Shown piece after piece: positions 25,701 through 38,500 of a stretch of 64,000 nucleotides of DNA. The stretch is from Ptychomitrium polyphyllum (taxonomy: Eukaryota): contig OZ316776.1 in NCBI GenBank assembly GCA_973851085.1, forward strand, positions 11,904,001-11,968,000. The letters run 5' to 3'. A model generated the notes under the pieces. The model was not told the DNA's origin and did no database searches. It saw only the letters and a program-made list of their open reading frames with translations. The first letter of the stretch is position 1, and each line of letters begins with the position of its first letter. A program made the translations under genes and the position numbers.

Positions 25701-26446
25701 TGTACAAATATGTGATGAAAAATAGAAGTGAAGTCCAAATCTACAAAAAATGTTTTGATGATAAATATTTTTTGAAATTAACTTTTTGATGACAAACATT
25801 TTATACAAATCCAACTTATAACCACTCATATAGCTCTTGTTGGTATTATAATATTGTAGAATACAAACAATTCCTTCATCTAGAAAACAATTCTTTTGCA
25901 TTCTTGGTTTATATTCCAAGAACATAGGTACATAATAATGGAAAATAAACATTTAATTCTTCATGTTCCATTTTGAAGTGATTTAAAGCCAAAAATAAGA
26001 GATCTATGTAGGTACATTTTTAAAATTCACAAATATGATATGTATTCAAAATTATGATTTTCAATCACCTTAGAATATATTTTCATTTATTAAAACTTGG
26101 AAAATAAATTCTTCATTTACTATTGTATTAAAATAACCACAATAAAATAAGATGTTTTTACATGGTAGTTTATTCTACCTTATAGGACTATAGGACACTT
26201 TTGTGTAGAGTTGGCATATACATGTTTTTATAATATAAAATCCTTATACTTGGAAATACCTTATATCTTATATTAATGCATTAGCTTATGGAATTGTGGC
26301 AAAGGTAGCTCTCTTGGTGGTTGTGTTAGCTCTTGAATAAATGGATTATCTAATGGCTACTTGAACTAATGAGTTGATGGACTTCATTCAATAAGACAAT
26401 ATTAAATTGGATTTACTTGTACCTTTGAAGGTACTTGTATTGACTA

Positions 26447-26845
26447 TGTTGATAAAAGCCTTGATTTATGGTAGGTAATGAGGCTAAAGTCCACTTAGTG
26501 ATAAATCTTAAGATATGTTTCATTGATTTTTATTAGAAATATAATAGAATAACAGGAATAGTGATAGAAAAGTCTTTATGAGTTTTAGTATATAAGGAGG
26601 TTGTAGCCAAAGGCATAAACACTTGAGAATTCTTTGTCAACCTTTTGTTATGTGATGAAGAGAGAGTTGTAGAGTTTATGTAGTACTATGGAATTCATGT
26701 AGTATTATGGAGTTTATGTAGAGTTATGGAGTTATAGACGTGGAATGTGTAATCTTGACTACAATATATAAAAGACAAAAATATTTTGTGTTATGAAAGA
26801 ATTGGAATTATGTGATAGTTGATGTTGAAAATTATTTTGTCAACA
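26447..26845 (+). mobile_element. Solo-LTR-like fragment (~400 bp)
   Basis: Starts TGTTGATAAAA and ends TTTTGTCAACA (10/11 inverted termini, TG...CA). Internal TATATAA at ~26589. No target-site duplication is visible. Confidence 0.4.
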
Positions 26846-29370
26846 ATTGTGTTGTCTAAAACAAAGGCAACTTATTGTGAAGGTGTGTGCAAACACACAG
26901 TAAATTTTAAAAATGTTCAATCCATTCATGTTTCAGGGTTGCACACATATATTGCTGTGTTCAATTTGCACATCAATGTTTGAACAAAAGCTGACTTGAA
27001 TCTGCTCAAGAGAGTGAGGTAAGCTCTGAGTGATGGTTTGGGGTTGCAATGATCAAGTGGTGAACTTGATCATGTGACTAAGACAGAGCTGCTGGATTCA
27101 TTATGTGAAGCAGGATCAAATTTCAGCAACAAGATTAGAGCATAAAAAAGCCCAAATGCAATAGAGAGGTCTACTACACTTGTCCTGTACTTGTTCCCAT
27201 GAATGGCCATGGGGACTCTTAATCCAAATGCCCATAAAAGCCATTGTAAATTTGCACACAATGGAGCCCAGCTTGGTGGGGACAAATGTGAACCATTTCT
27301 ACCAAAGGACTGAGTACTCGTATCAGCTGTGTCTTATGCTTAACAACTTTGCTGAGGTCTACTCGTAACTTGCTCAAGACTACAAGTAGATATAAATTGA
27401 TGTATATTAGTATTTTTGTATTTAAGTATGGTTATGTATATGTTTATGTTGGTGATTGTGTCCATGATGTTGGATTCATTTATTAGTGCAATCCTTCAAG
27501 AACTTTTGCATGAGCTTTTCAATCTTATGTTCCTCACTCAAACATGTCCTCAGATATAAAACAATAAAACCAGTAAATGATATATCCATTTCAAACATTC
27601 ACCAAATATTTAACAATAAGTACATTCTAACATTTTAATACCACGTAATTTTCTAACTTCAACAGTTCATAACAATTTTTTGGGAGATCCCTAAACTATA
27701 ATATCATTTAAAATTATACAATACCTTTTAAAATTGGGAATTTAAAACAAATAATTGCAAGTGAATACATTTATGCATACATGAATAACCTTGATGTATT
27801 CTGCATTCAAGAGCCGTGCTTCTATGCAGTCTCCATTCCCCACATTAAACAAGCCACACAAGTGACATGCTTCATTAATAAAGTAGCCCTAGGTTCACAT
27901 CACCACGCGGCCCAAGTACTCTTGCCAAGTGGTCATCATAACAAAGTCATGATCATGACAAAACATGTCCTGAGCTATGCCTATTATTAAACCACAAACA
28001 AAGTGCACTCCACATGGCAGCATAGTTTCCAGCATTTACTAAAAATCTTCATGGTTTTTTCTTCATGGCCACAATGAAACAAATCTTCTCTGTCCTGTAC
28101 AGTGCTAGTGTACTGCAATGTATGCCGCGTTTTCTACGCAATTTGCAAATCCAAGGTTATTCTAAAATGGAGTGGTTCAACTAGGGTGCTAAAATTTGGA
28201 AAATTATTATTAAATCTCTAAAAACATTTTAAAGCCAATCTTTGTTAAATTCTAAAGGATTTTGTAGGAAAGAATTGTTATTTTTATTGTTGTTTAGAAA
28301 CATTGTAAATCATAACATTTCTAGCAAATGTAGCAACTTACTTTTAGCCTACCTAACATTCTTTAATGAAATGTTCCTTCACCATTACTAATAATGTTAC
28401 AATAGTATTACGTTTTTGCTTTGAGTGCTAAACTTTGCTAAGCGTTATATACATTAGAACATTTGGCCCAATTGCTATGCTCTAATAGTGATCAGGTTCA
28501 TATTAATATTGTTAAAGAATATTATGTGGAAAGTGAAAAATCAACACTAAACAATAATGAAAGTATTTGGTTGTGAATGTATAAAGATATGAGTTTAGTT
28601 GATAACTTGGCATACAAACTCTTTCAATCTTTAATGAAAGAAAGTTTGAAAATAAAATTTTGTCTTTTTACAATAAAATTGTCTTTAAAAAAAGGTCATT
28701 TAGAGAGATAATTGAAGAATATTATGAATTTTTGTGAATAGTCAAATTTGAATAAGAAAAGACAAAGGATAAAAAAAAATATACAAAACTCAAGACTATA
28801 GGAAATTCTTAGTCAATATTTCTAGCCACATTATATAAAAAAAAAACTGTCCAATTTGAAAGCCCTTGGTTCACTCTTTCCTTCATTTTTTATTTTTTTT
28901 AGATTCAACATTCAATATGTTATAGAAGATAATTTTATTTATAAAAACACAAAATTAGATGTTTCAGAAATAATTCAATTTATGCCAAAATGGTAAAAAT
29001 AAAATGCAACATTGCTTTTGGCAATTGTACCGCTCATGTTAAATTTGTATTGAAGGTTATAAATTTTTACCCAAAATAAAAATATTGAAAATATTTGTGT
29101 TGAATGGCTTTCCATGGAAAAAATGATATTCTTTAAGGTGGGCAAAATCAACATAAATTATGTGCATCTGGATTAGTGCAAAGCATCCTTCTATTCCGAT
29201 ATACAACAAGGCCTGTGATACAATTCAATATCTGAAACAATCTAACACGATCCTTTCTGAAGCACAATACAAGAGCCACAAAGATGCAACACAAAAATGA
29301 TCCTAAAGATGCAACACTTTGATTTATGAGGATCATTTAAAAAAAAAAATTTAAGCACTTTAGCATAAAT

Positions 29371-30480
29371 AATCATTTGCCCCTTCCAACTTCCAACAAT
29401 ACATCTAATTGTAATTCTTTTTAAAACATTTAAAGTATTTTAGCATAAAAGCAAACGACTACAATTGTATGGTACAACTATAATTTATGGCCAAAAAATC
29501 TAACGTGCTTAAAGACTTTTTTGGTATGAATCAGATTCATTGGGGTCCAAAAACGAGGCACATCTTAGAAGTATGCTTGGATGGTGAAGCAAATTAATAT
29601 TGGAAGAATTTAACAATTAATTGTAATCAAGGTATTTTGCAAAATCTAACAAGTATAAAGATATTAGAGCAAAATGGCATTGCCAAAAGGATGTATTTTA
29701 CTTTTAAAAAAAAAATTCAATGCACATTTTGGCATGTGATTCTATAAATGGATATTTAAACACCATGATACTTTTAGAGAATTAATTCCTTGCTTTTGTT
29801 AATGAAGATACAATATTATATTAGAAGTTCATTGGTTATATACTTGTTTTTAATCACATTTGAATGTTGGCTTCTACAATGAATTTTGATCTAAATTATA
29901 TTTTAGATTTTGTTGATTATTAAAAATTTGGAGTTTTGAGCCATTAAAGAATGTTTGTAGACATTGGTGGCAAATTAAGTATGAGTAAGAAATGCACAAA
30001 ATTTGCCACCAATGTCTACAAACATTTGCCACCAATGTCTACAAACATTTGCCACCAATGTCTACAAACATTGGTTTCTTAGAAAATGCAAGTTCCAAAT
30101 TACATACAATGTGTATTTTAATGAATAGCCTATCATTAACAAAATGAAGAAGGTTTTTCTTCAAATGTAAGTTTAGCAATCTTATCCACTGGAATTATAA
30201 TTTATGTTGTACCACTTAAGTATTAATAATAACATTAAGACCCTCTATACCTTTTGTACAACTTTTTAATTCATCATTTGCTACTACAGAAGATCCACTA
30301 TAAAGATTCTTCCATTTTGTGAATTAAGTAGTTGGCCATCATAAATGGATTTTACTTCAAATAAAATTGTCAAACATGGCAAGATGACAAGAGAAAATTA
30401 GATGACTTGATTTATGGTTGTAACAGGCATGATGGTTTTGATATATATGGAAATTGTTACAAGTGACATAATGAGCTCAT
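29371..30480 (+). mobile_element. Heavily decayed Ty1/Copia internal fragment (integrase and RT relics)
   Basis: 29628-29693 translates QGILQNLTSIKILEQNGIAKRM, matching the Copia integrase GI...T...PQQNGVAER motif, preceded by EEFNN. Weaker KWI..KIK and LDDLIY..DGF RT-like relics lie at ~30340-30440. Confidence 0.6.
29950..30072. repeat. Perfect 27-bp inverted repeat with 23-nt loop plus three tandem copies of a 23-bp unit
   Basis: 29950-29976 aatgtttgtagacattggtggcaaatt is the exact reverse complement of 30000-30026. The unit atttgccaccaatgtctacaaac occurs at 30001, 30024 and 30047. Confidence 0.95.
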
Positions 30481-30599
30481 TTACTTTAATTTTTTAATTA
30501 TAATCAATTTCTATATAAAAATTTATGACACATGCTTTGGAAAAAATCTATTAAAACATTTGGTAATATTGAGGTGTATGATAATTAATTTTTCATCAA

Positions 30600-30961
30600 A
30601 AATGCATTAAAAACAATGTGGCTATAAAATGAATAATTGCTTAAAATAAATTATTGTTGTGGACATGGCAATTGTAAGTTTATTGTAAGTAGCTTTAAAT
30701 TTATAATAGATGGTTGTAGATCAAGGAGATTGCGGATGTTGGAATGAGGCGAGCAATTGTAGGATAGAAATTGCAGATGATAATCCACCAAAAGGTTGTT
30801 GGCAACTATGAGAATCAATTTGGCAACCATAAATAATCATTGCAATTAAAGGAATATATTGGCAATTGCAAGTGTTTTAAAAGAATTTACAATTAGATGT
30901 GTTGTTGGAGGTTTGAAGGGGCAAATGGTAATGTCATTATAAAATTCATGCTTTGATACCA
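30600..30961 (-). mobile_element. Copia 5' internal fragment in minus orientation, with tRNA-Met primer-binding site
   Basis: 30950-30961 reads TGGTATCAAAGC on the minus strand (11/12 to the canonical TGGTATCAGAGC). 30873-30927 is an ~90% identical inverted copy of 29374-29428. The left boundary is approximate. Confidence 0.55.
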
Positions 30962-33443
30962 TCATTTATGTTTTGAATAGATGATTAAAAAATTTAGCAC
31001 CATTTTGTAAAAATTCAATAATGGCTTCCAATTTCATAACAAATTCTTCTTATCATTTAATTTTTATTTCTAAATACATATATCCATCTATAAATTAAAA
31101 AAATCATCATGTGAATATTAAATTTTAAAAATTACTTAAAAAAGTGGTTGTATTTAGTCTTAAAAAGATCGCTTAAGGCTACTAATTTTCTACACAAGCA
31201 ATTTGGCATTATGTAAATGTCTTAGTAAGACAATAATAAGTCTTGTTAAAAAGACTACAAGCCAAGGAGGTCAATCATATATCAACCTTTTGTAATTGCA
31301 AGTTGAAGGAAAACAACTGTTGATTAAAGGAGGTAATTGTTGATTAATTTGGAACAATTGCAAGTCAAGAGAAGCAATTGCTGATTTTCATGGGCAATTG
31401 CAATGATTTCTTAAACTTTACCATAATCATTGAGTTTTATGCAAGCCAAATTTCCTTCATTCTTGTGTTAGTTGATAGTTATGTAAACAATGAAGATTCT
31501 CAATAATACTTTACAAGTTAGTGTACAGTGTTGTGGTTTCAAAGTATCTTGCTCAATTTTAAAAGTGTATTAATTCCTAAGTGCCAAATCCGCCATATAT
31601 GGTTGAATAAAAGATCTTAGAAGAAGATTGTGTATTAAAAATTATAAAAATTTATTTTGAAAATACAATATAAAATATATAACAAAGGCATAAATTGATA
31701 TAAACATTCAGATAAGATTTGCAAATATTGATACTTAAATAATGTCTTTCTTCCAGAATTATACATTATTTACTTAATGCTTTTAGATTGTATTTTAAAG
31801 AATTTACTTTCATAATAATAATTTTAATTAAAAATCAATTAATATTTCTTAAGTTTGGTATAATTGGTTAAACTTTTATAATATACATGGTTACATTATA
31901 ATAATAAGATTTTAATCTATAAAATGTTATTTACCTATACTTGAAAAAAACTTAATATATTTGTACAAAATTATACTAGTAGTTTTTGTGTAAATTGATT
32001 TGATAAGCATAATAATATTTACTTAATTTTGAGGCCTATTAAATAACTTATCATTATATATTACAGTTGGTCTTTGAAGTTTTAATTTAAAAAATTACAA
32101 AAATTGCAATGTTTAATATACTTTGGTTTGTTTCATAATTTTCAAAATTTAGGGTTAAGAACCTAAAGACAATAATAAATACCATTGTTGATTCAAATTG
32201 TAATCATTAAAAAATAAAATCTTTTACAAAATATGATTTTTTTTTTCTTTAATAGCAAAGATCAATGATTCTAGTAGTGCCAAAAAATGCTATATGCTAC
32301 TATATAGAATTTTTATGTGCTTGTATTCAGAGATCTTACTCAATTATAATTTTTTAAATTTCATTATAGAATACATTAAATAAAATTTAAAATTGAATTG
32401 ATTCTAAATTCTCAAGGATTAGTATTTAAATTGCCAAAATTAATCCAGTTAATTGGATTGTTGTATTTTTTATTTTTATTTTGAATGTATACACGTGATA
32501 AAAATACATTTATAGACCTTTAAGTTGCATTAGATATTTTGCTCTTTTTTTTGTAAGCTTCATTTGTTTGATTCACAACTATTAAGTGTAGATACTTGAA
32601 ATATTTATGTAAATTTAGGGTAATATAACGATTACGGACATTTTCATTAATTTAAATTTATTGAATGTAAAACAAATATGGTTTGTTATTTTTAAGATAT
32701 GAAGGTTGTATTAGATGCTTTAAGTTTCTTTTCCAGAAAAATTTAATTTGCAACATTTCAATTAGAAATCATCTAACATGTCTAGTCTACAAAAGCATGT
32801 TTGTAAGCAATAATGTAATATACATGTCATCTACAATATGGAATTCCTATATTAAATAAACTCAAAAATATATAAATATTATATAATTTAGTATTTTGTA
32901 TCTATATAGAAAAGAAAAGAATTATGAAAAGATAATATAAACCCTTTCATAATGAATGCAATTTTTTTTTATAGAAAATATAGATAGCATATATAAATGG
33001 TGATTATAAGTACATTTTTGCATAAGTTGTTTAATGGTTTTGAAGGTTGCATTTGGAAGAACAATTCAAGTCTGAGGCAATTGTAAGTGACAACTACAAA
33101 TCTATATTAACATAATTTGGCCTAATGAAACTTGTTATTAAATTTTACTCTTAGAGCGTTGTGAGCTAAAAATCCTCCCTATCCACTTGAAGAGGATAAG
33201 TAACTTCACAACAAGTTCAAGAGGTAGTAGGAATCAATTGTGAGATTGCTCTAATGGTTGATTAATTAATCAAGTGTTTAAAATTCCAACTTTCTAAATA
33301 ATTCCTTCCAAGCAATGGTTACCAATTGATTTAGTTAAAACAAGTGATGGAAAATAACACAAGAAAAAAGAGAAGAATTAGATAGAAATAGAAAGGAAAA
33401 AGGAAGGAGTTGGATGAGAAAAATCGGATGGAACAAGTAATTA

Positions 33444-33545
33444 GATGAAAATAAGGCTGCTAGATGAAAACAGGGCTGCTGGATGAAAATAGGACTGCTG
33501 GATGAAAACAGGGCTGCTGGATGAAAATAGGGCTTTTGGATGAAA
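33444..33545. repeat. 19-bp minisatellite, about 5.4 copies
   Basis: The unit gatgaaaa(t/c)agggctgctg starts at 33444, 33463, 33482, 33501 and 33520, with a partial copy at 33539. Confidence 0.9.
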
Positions 33546-34255
33546 GCAACACAACATAGCAGCAACCGCAAAAGTTGAAAATCTCTCAAACTTCAAACCT
33601 TCATAACTTTCTCATTTTAACTTCAAGTTTGATGATTCTTGTGACTAACCTTACTAATTTTTCCTCTACTCAATAAAATGTCAAATCTAAAAAAAAAATC
33701 CACTAAAAGTAAGTTCAAAGTGGTCGAGCAAGGGTGTAAGACAAACAACTTATAATATAAGTATAGAAAAACAAAACAAATACTATTCTTTGGTGCCTCA
33801 ATGGGCCCGCCCTTGCCAAGGGCTCAAACCAAAGGTGAAAGAGAGAGAACAAGGCCTTGAGAGGGCCTTAAATATCCACTTGCTAATAACTTGCAAGCCA
33901 CATGCTAACAACTTGCTAACAACTTACAAGCCACATGCTAACAACTTGCGGGGAAAACAAATGGTTGGCATCCATTTGCCACAAGGAGATGATAAATCAC
34001 CATGGATACCAATCTATGCACAACTTTTAATCCTTGATAATTTACTTAGCCAAAACTAATGCAAAACAACTTATTAACTAATGAAAAATATTAATTTTTG
34101 AGAGAATTTCACTAGGAGTCAACTTAATTTGTTATTGTAGGAATAACATTGTCATGATGTAATTAATTGTATAGTTTAAAACTTGAGTAGTATTTGTTGT
34201 TTGGCGTATTTGGAAAAGAGTAATAGAAAAAAGAAATAATTAGATTAAAATAAAA

Positions 34256-35586
34256 GTCGTGGTGAAACCACAAATTTTGTTTATCTTGGAGGTAGAACCG
34301 CATCTTGTCTTAACTTAGGGTGATTAGACCGGTTGACTATAATTTTCTTGCCTGCCGTTTTTGCTAGCAGTACCAAATTAAGTACTAGCGTTCTACTCAA
34401 CAAATTCGACAAGAATTGAACTTGGACCGGTTCAGCATCTGAAACTTATCCAGTCAATCAAGTTCATGACTTGGTGTCTGAACCTACCTCGACAATGGTT
34501 TTATTCTTCACTTGTTTCTTGTTGAATTTCAATCTTTTTCCTACTTTCTTTAATTTATTTTAGTTTTTAGTTTCTATTTTAGACTTGTGGGGGTTGATTT
34601 TATCTTCTTTGTAGTTGGAACCTAGAAGTTTCAACCAAAAGAAAGAAAAACAAAAGAAAGGAATTTAGATTTGAAAATATGGTTAGATAAAGGTTTGATA
34701 AAGGAGATTAGGGGCTTGATGTGGAAAAATATAGCTGATGTGGAAAAATATAGCTGATGTGGAGAGATAAGGGGCAGATGTGGCGGTTTGACCACCGCCC
34801 TCTTCTTCTCTTTTGGCCTCTCCCTCTAGAATAAGAAGGCACCCTTCTTTGGGTAAGATCTCATAGTATACTTCTTAGTTTGAGTTAGTTTTTGTTGGGA
34901 TTTTTTTTTTTCTTTGTAAGCTTGCTAGAAAACCATCACACGTTCCATTTGGAGTTAATATGTGGTCATGGCTTTAGTTTGAGTAAAATTAACTAGCTGC
35001 CTTTAATTTAAAGGCAGCTAGTTTAAATATTTGTAACTTCTTGTAGAAACGTCTTTTGTAAGTGAAATTTTTTAAAAAAAGTTTTGATAATTTTGGAAAG
35101 ATGGTGTCAAAATTGGTGAGCATTGGACTTTTTGAGCAAAAGATACAAAGATAAATGCAACCAGAACATAGAAGGCAGTGTACAGTAGAGTTTGGAATTG
35201 TACAATTTGGGTCATTATAGATGATAGAAGGGTTTTCTAAGGTTGATCTTTTGACTAGGTGTTTATTATAAGATATTTATTATGTACACAAAATCCAAAG
35301 TTTGAGTTTATCATAAAAGAAGAGTTATGAAGTGGTAAAGTGATAGGGGTATAGGAGCTGTAGTAATGAAAAATGTAAACTTTGAAGTTATGGATCTTAG
35401 AGGATACTAAGGATTTGGCAACCAAAATTTATATATAACCTATTGAATGTTTTAAGAAGGTTTTGTTAAAATTTTTGGTGCTTTGGATTAGTTTGCTAGA
35501 AGTTATGACATATTTAGCATTCAAAATTTTCAAGGCAGCATATAGGAAAAAAATTTGGTAGGATATTTGCTTCATTGGGTGTTACA
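34256..35586 (-). mobile_element. LTR-like relic (probably Gypsy-type), containing a 19-bp tandem repeat and a 33-bp palindrome
   Basis: The minus strand begins TGTAACACCC at 35586 and ends ...CACCACGAC near 34256. The tandem gatgtggaaaaatatagct x2 is at 34718-34755. No TSD or coding domain was seen. Confidence 0.35.
34991..35023. repeat. Perfect 16-bp inverted repeat around a single base (33-bp quasi-palindrome)
   Basis: aactagctgcctttaa-t-ttaaaggcagctagtt. Confidence 0.95.
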
Positions 35587-38500
35587 AATAGAAACTCTTT
35601 ATGCATCTTGACTTTGATCAATTAGATGCTAAAAAAGACCCTGTGTTTCCTATAGCTACCACTCTCACCACGACAACGTTTGAAAAGTAGAATAGTTCTT
35701 CATTTTTTTCCTTCACAACTACTTATGGCTTCAAGAACAAAGTAACTTTTTATCTTCTTCCTTTACCATCTTTTGTGGCTTCAAAAATAGAGTAGTTTTT
35801 CATCTTCTTCCTTCACCATATTCCAACTACAACTAATTCCACCTTTCCTAACGAATGCACCTTAAACAAGATTTAACAATATTTAGAATTTAATCTATAT
35901 AACTAGATTATGTTAAAATCAACTTGATAATCTAAGGCCTTAATTCATAATTTAGGCCAAAACCTCTATTTTCTCACAATTGATAATTAACCAACACTAT
36001 ATCTTATCAAAATACCAAAAATTAACTAAATAAAGATTTGGTGCATAATCTAGGATTGACAAGCGCGAAAAAGGAAGAAAGAGATGTGTAATTGTAGATC
36101 TAAAATAATTGCAAATGGTGACTATAGGTCTATGGTAATGTAATTTGTCTAAATAAAACTTGGAATTGCTTTTGAGGAGCGGTTAGTTTATGACAATTGC
36201 AAATTTATCATTGCAAGTATTTTGTAAGACAATATAGATAGTAAGAGCATATTTATGTTAACATAATTTATAGTCATTTCTTACATATAATCAACCATCT
36301 ATAGTTGCACATCATTTATTAAATAGGTCCAACTCTTACTTACTTGTATTCATCTAAGTTTTGTTAGGAACACAAGAAATATTGAATTAGACAAGAAGTG
36401 GTTTTTAAATTAACTTCTAAAAAGCTACTAAATAATAAGAACTAATGCAAGTAGAAACAAGACAATACAATGGATATGTTCTATAATTTGTATTTGCTTT
36501 ACTTGTTTTTTGTAGTTGTGATATGTTGAGATGAAGCTGCTTACATCTATAAAGAAGACACCATTGTAAAAGACCGAAACCACCAAGAATTCAAAAAAGC
36601 ATTGGACCTTGCTAGTGAGAAGGAAATCAAGTCTTTGTTGAAAAGATTTGACAAAGGATAAACTGTAGCAGATCCAACTTTGACACCTCCTTCTTTAAGT
36701 AAGTTTTCTTCTTGTCCTCCTAGTATATTGGAAGATTTTTGTCTATTGCTTACTTGAGTTTTTAAATTCATTTTGACTTGTTTGTCACTATTCATCAATC
36801 TAGCACTTTTCTTTTGGATGAAGGTTTAGACGCATTACAAGTAACCTGTCAACATGACTTTGAATAAGTTGTAGATGGTGGCAATTGCTTTTGTGAATCT
36901 AGTGTATAAGGTTTGTTGATTGACCTGGTGGAATTTGAGCCGTCCACCTTTTTGTTCCACCTTGCAATGAAGCTAGTTTAGTAAGATGGCAACACATGGC
37001 TACCTCCTATACTAGTGTAAGTGGAAATCCGCTATTTTCATTTATTGATTTTGATTCCTTTCAATTATAATCATTCCTTTATTTAATCTCTGGAAATGGA
37101 TGTATTTTATTGGTTGTTATTTCAATTGGAGGAAAATACAATTGTTGAATTCAACAACATTATTGGTAGTGATGACATTTTTATCACCACAAATGGTAAT
37201 GATGCGCCTAACTCTTTTTCAAATTATCTAAAAAAGTGGATGATGCTAGTGTAAGATAAGGCTTACCAAAGTTTCTTCTTAGAATCTAAGTTGTTCATCA
37301 AAGCATTAGTCTTTAGATTAATATCAAGTAGTAAGAAGGCAATCAAGCATTTGGTATTAAAGTGAGCAATAAGGTTTTCATGCTTATACTTCTTACACTT
37401 GACAAGCTACATTTTAAAATAAAAATCTGTTATCATAGTAGTATTTACACATTATATTTCATTGTTGGAGGTACATCAAACGCCATTTGCTTCTTCAAAA
37501 AGCAATTTAGAAAAAAGACATGCCCATGTTTTAGATTCATGGATCAACAATTTGCTTTTCTCATTTCTTTGGCTTTTTCTAATATTGAAGTAATGGCTCT
37601 AATTCCATTGTCATCTATGGCATTTGTAATTCTTTAGATTCTCTTTAAAAACAACATCTTTTAAATTCCTCAAGGTGGATTTTAAATTGCTGCTAAGATT
37701 TTTATTGTAAATAAATCCATTTTGGAGTTGTGTAATTTGAGGCTCAATGATAGATTACCTCAAATTTTGTTGCATCAATTTGTATTAGACTTCTTTCTAG
37801 AAATATATTCCATCTCAATTTTCTTCCTTAGATTCCTTTTCCACTTTGTTTCAATTTCAAATTTCCACGTTTATTTCAATACTTGACTTTTGATTTGTAA
37901 TGTGAAGATTGGAGACAATAGAACCTTTTTGAAGGAGTATTAATTTCATCTAGTATGAAGGCAATTGTTACTTACTCATTGCAGGTAATCCTGAGAACCT
38001 AGTTGTTTTAAAAGTATCCAACCTTCCTACCTCTCTTCCATCATGGAATGTTTTCTTTAATGATTTCTTTTAGAATTTTTTTGAATTTGGATATAACTGC
38101 AATCACAACAATAAAGCTCACCTTCTTTGCTACTTCAAGCATCTTGAGATCCGCTCTAAGATTGTTGGCTTTGCAATCTCCTACCACTCAATTTATATAA
38201 GAAATGGTGGAAGTGAATTTTATGTGCTTGGCATTAATTAAGTACCATGAAAAAATAATGGATGTTTGCTCCATCCTTATTTAATGCTGTGTTTTCAACT
38301 CAAACTAACTACTTTGATTTGAATCCATTTATTTTAATTCTTATTATTTTTCTTTCTTTAGAATTTGCAATTTTGAATTGAATTTAAAATAAATTCCTAT
38401 TCCTCCAACTCAATGACTACACCTTTTATTTTTACTTTAAATAAAAACTAAGAACTTTTGAAGGTAGGTATCAATATAAACCATGATAGAATCCTCCACA

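Noticed and set aside
30001..30072. Identical 23-bp repeats resembling a CRISPR array
   Set aside because: The repeats are directly adjacent with no spacers, there are no cas genes, and the context is eukaryotic.
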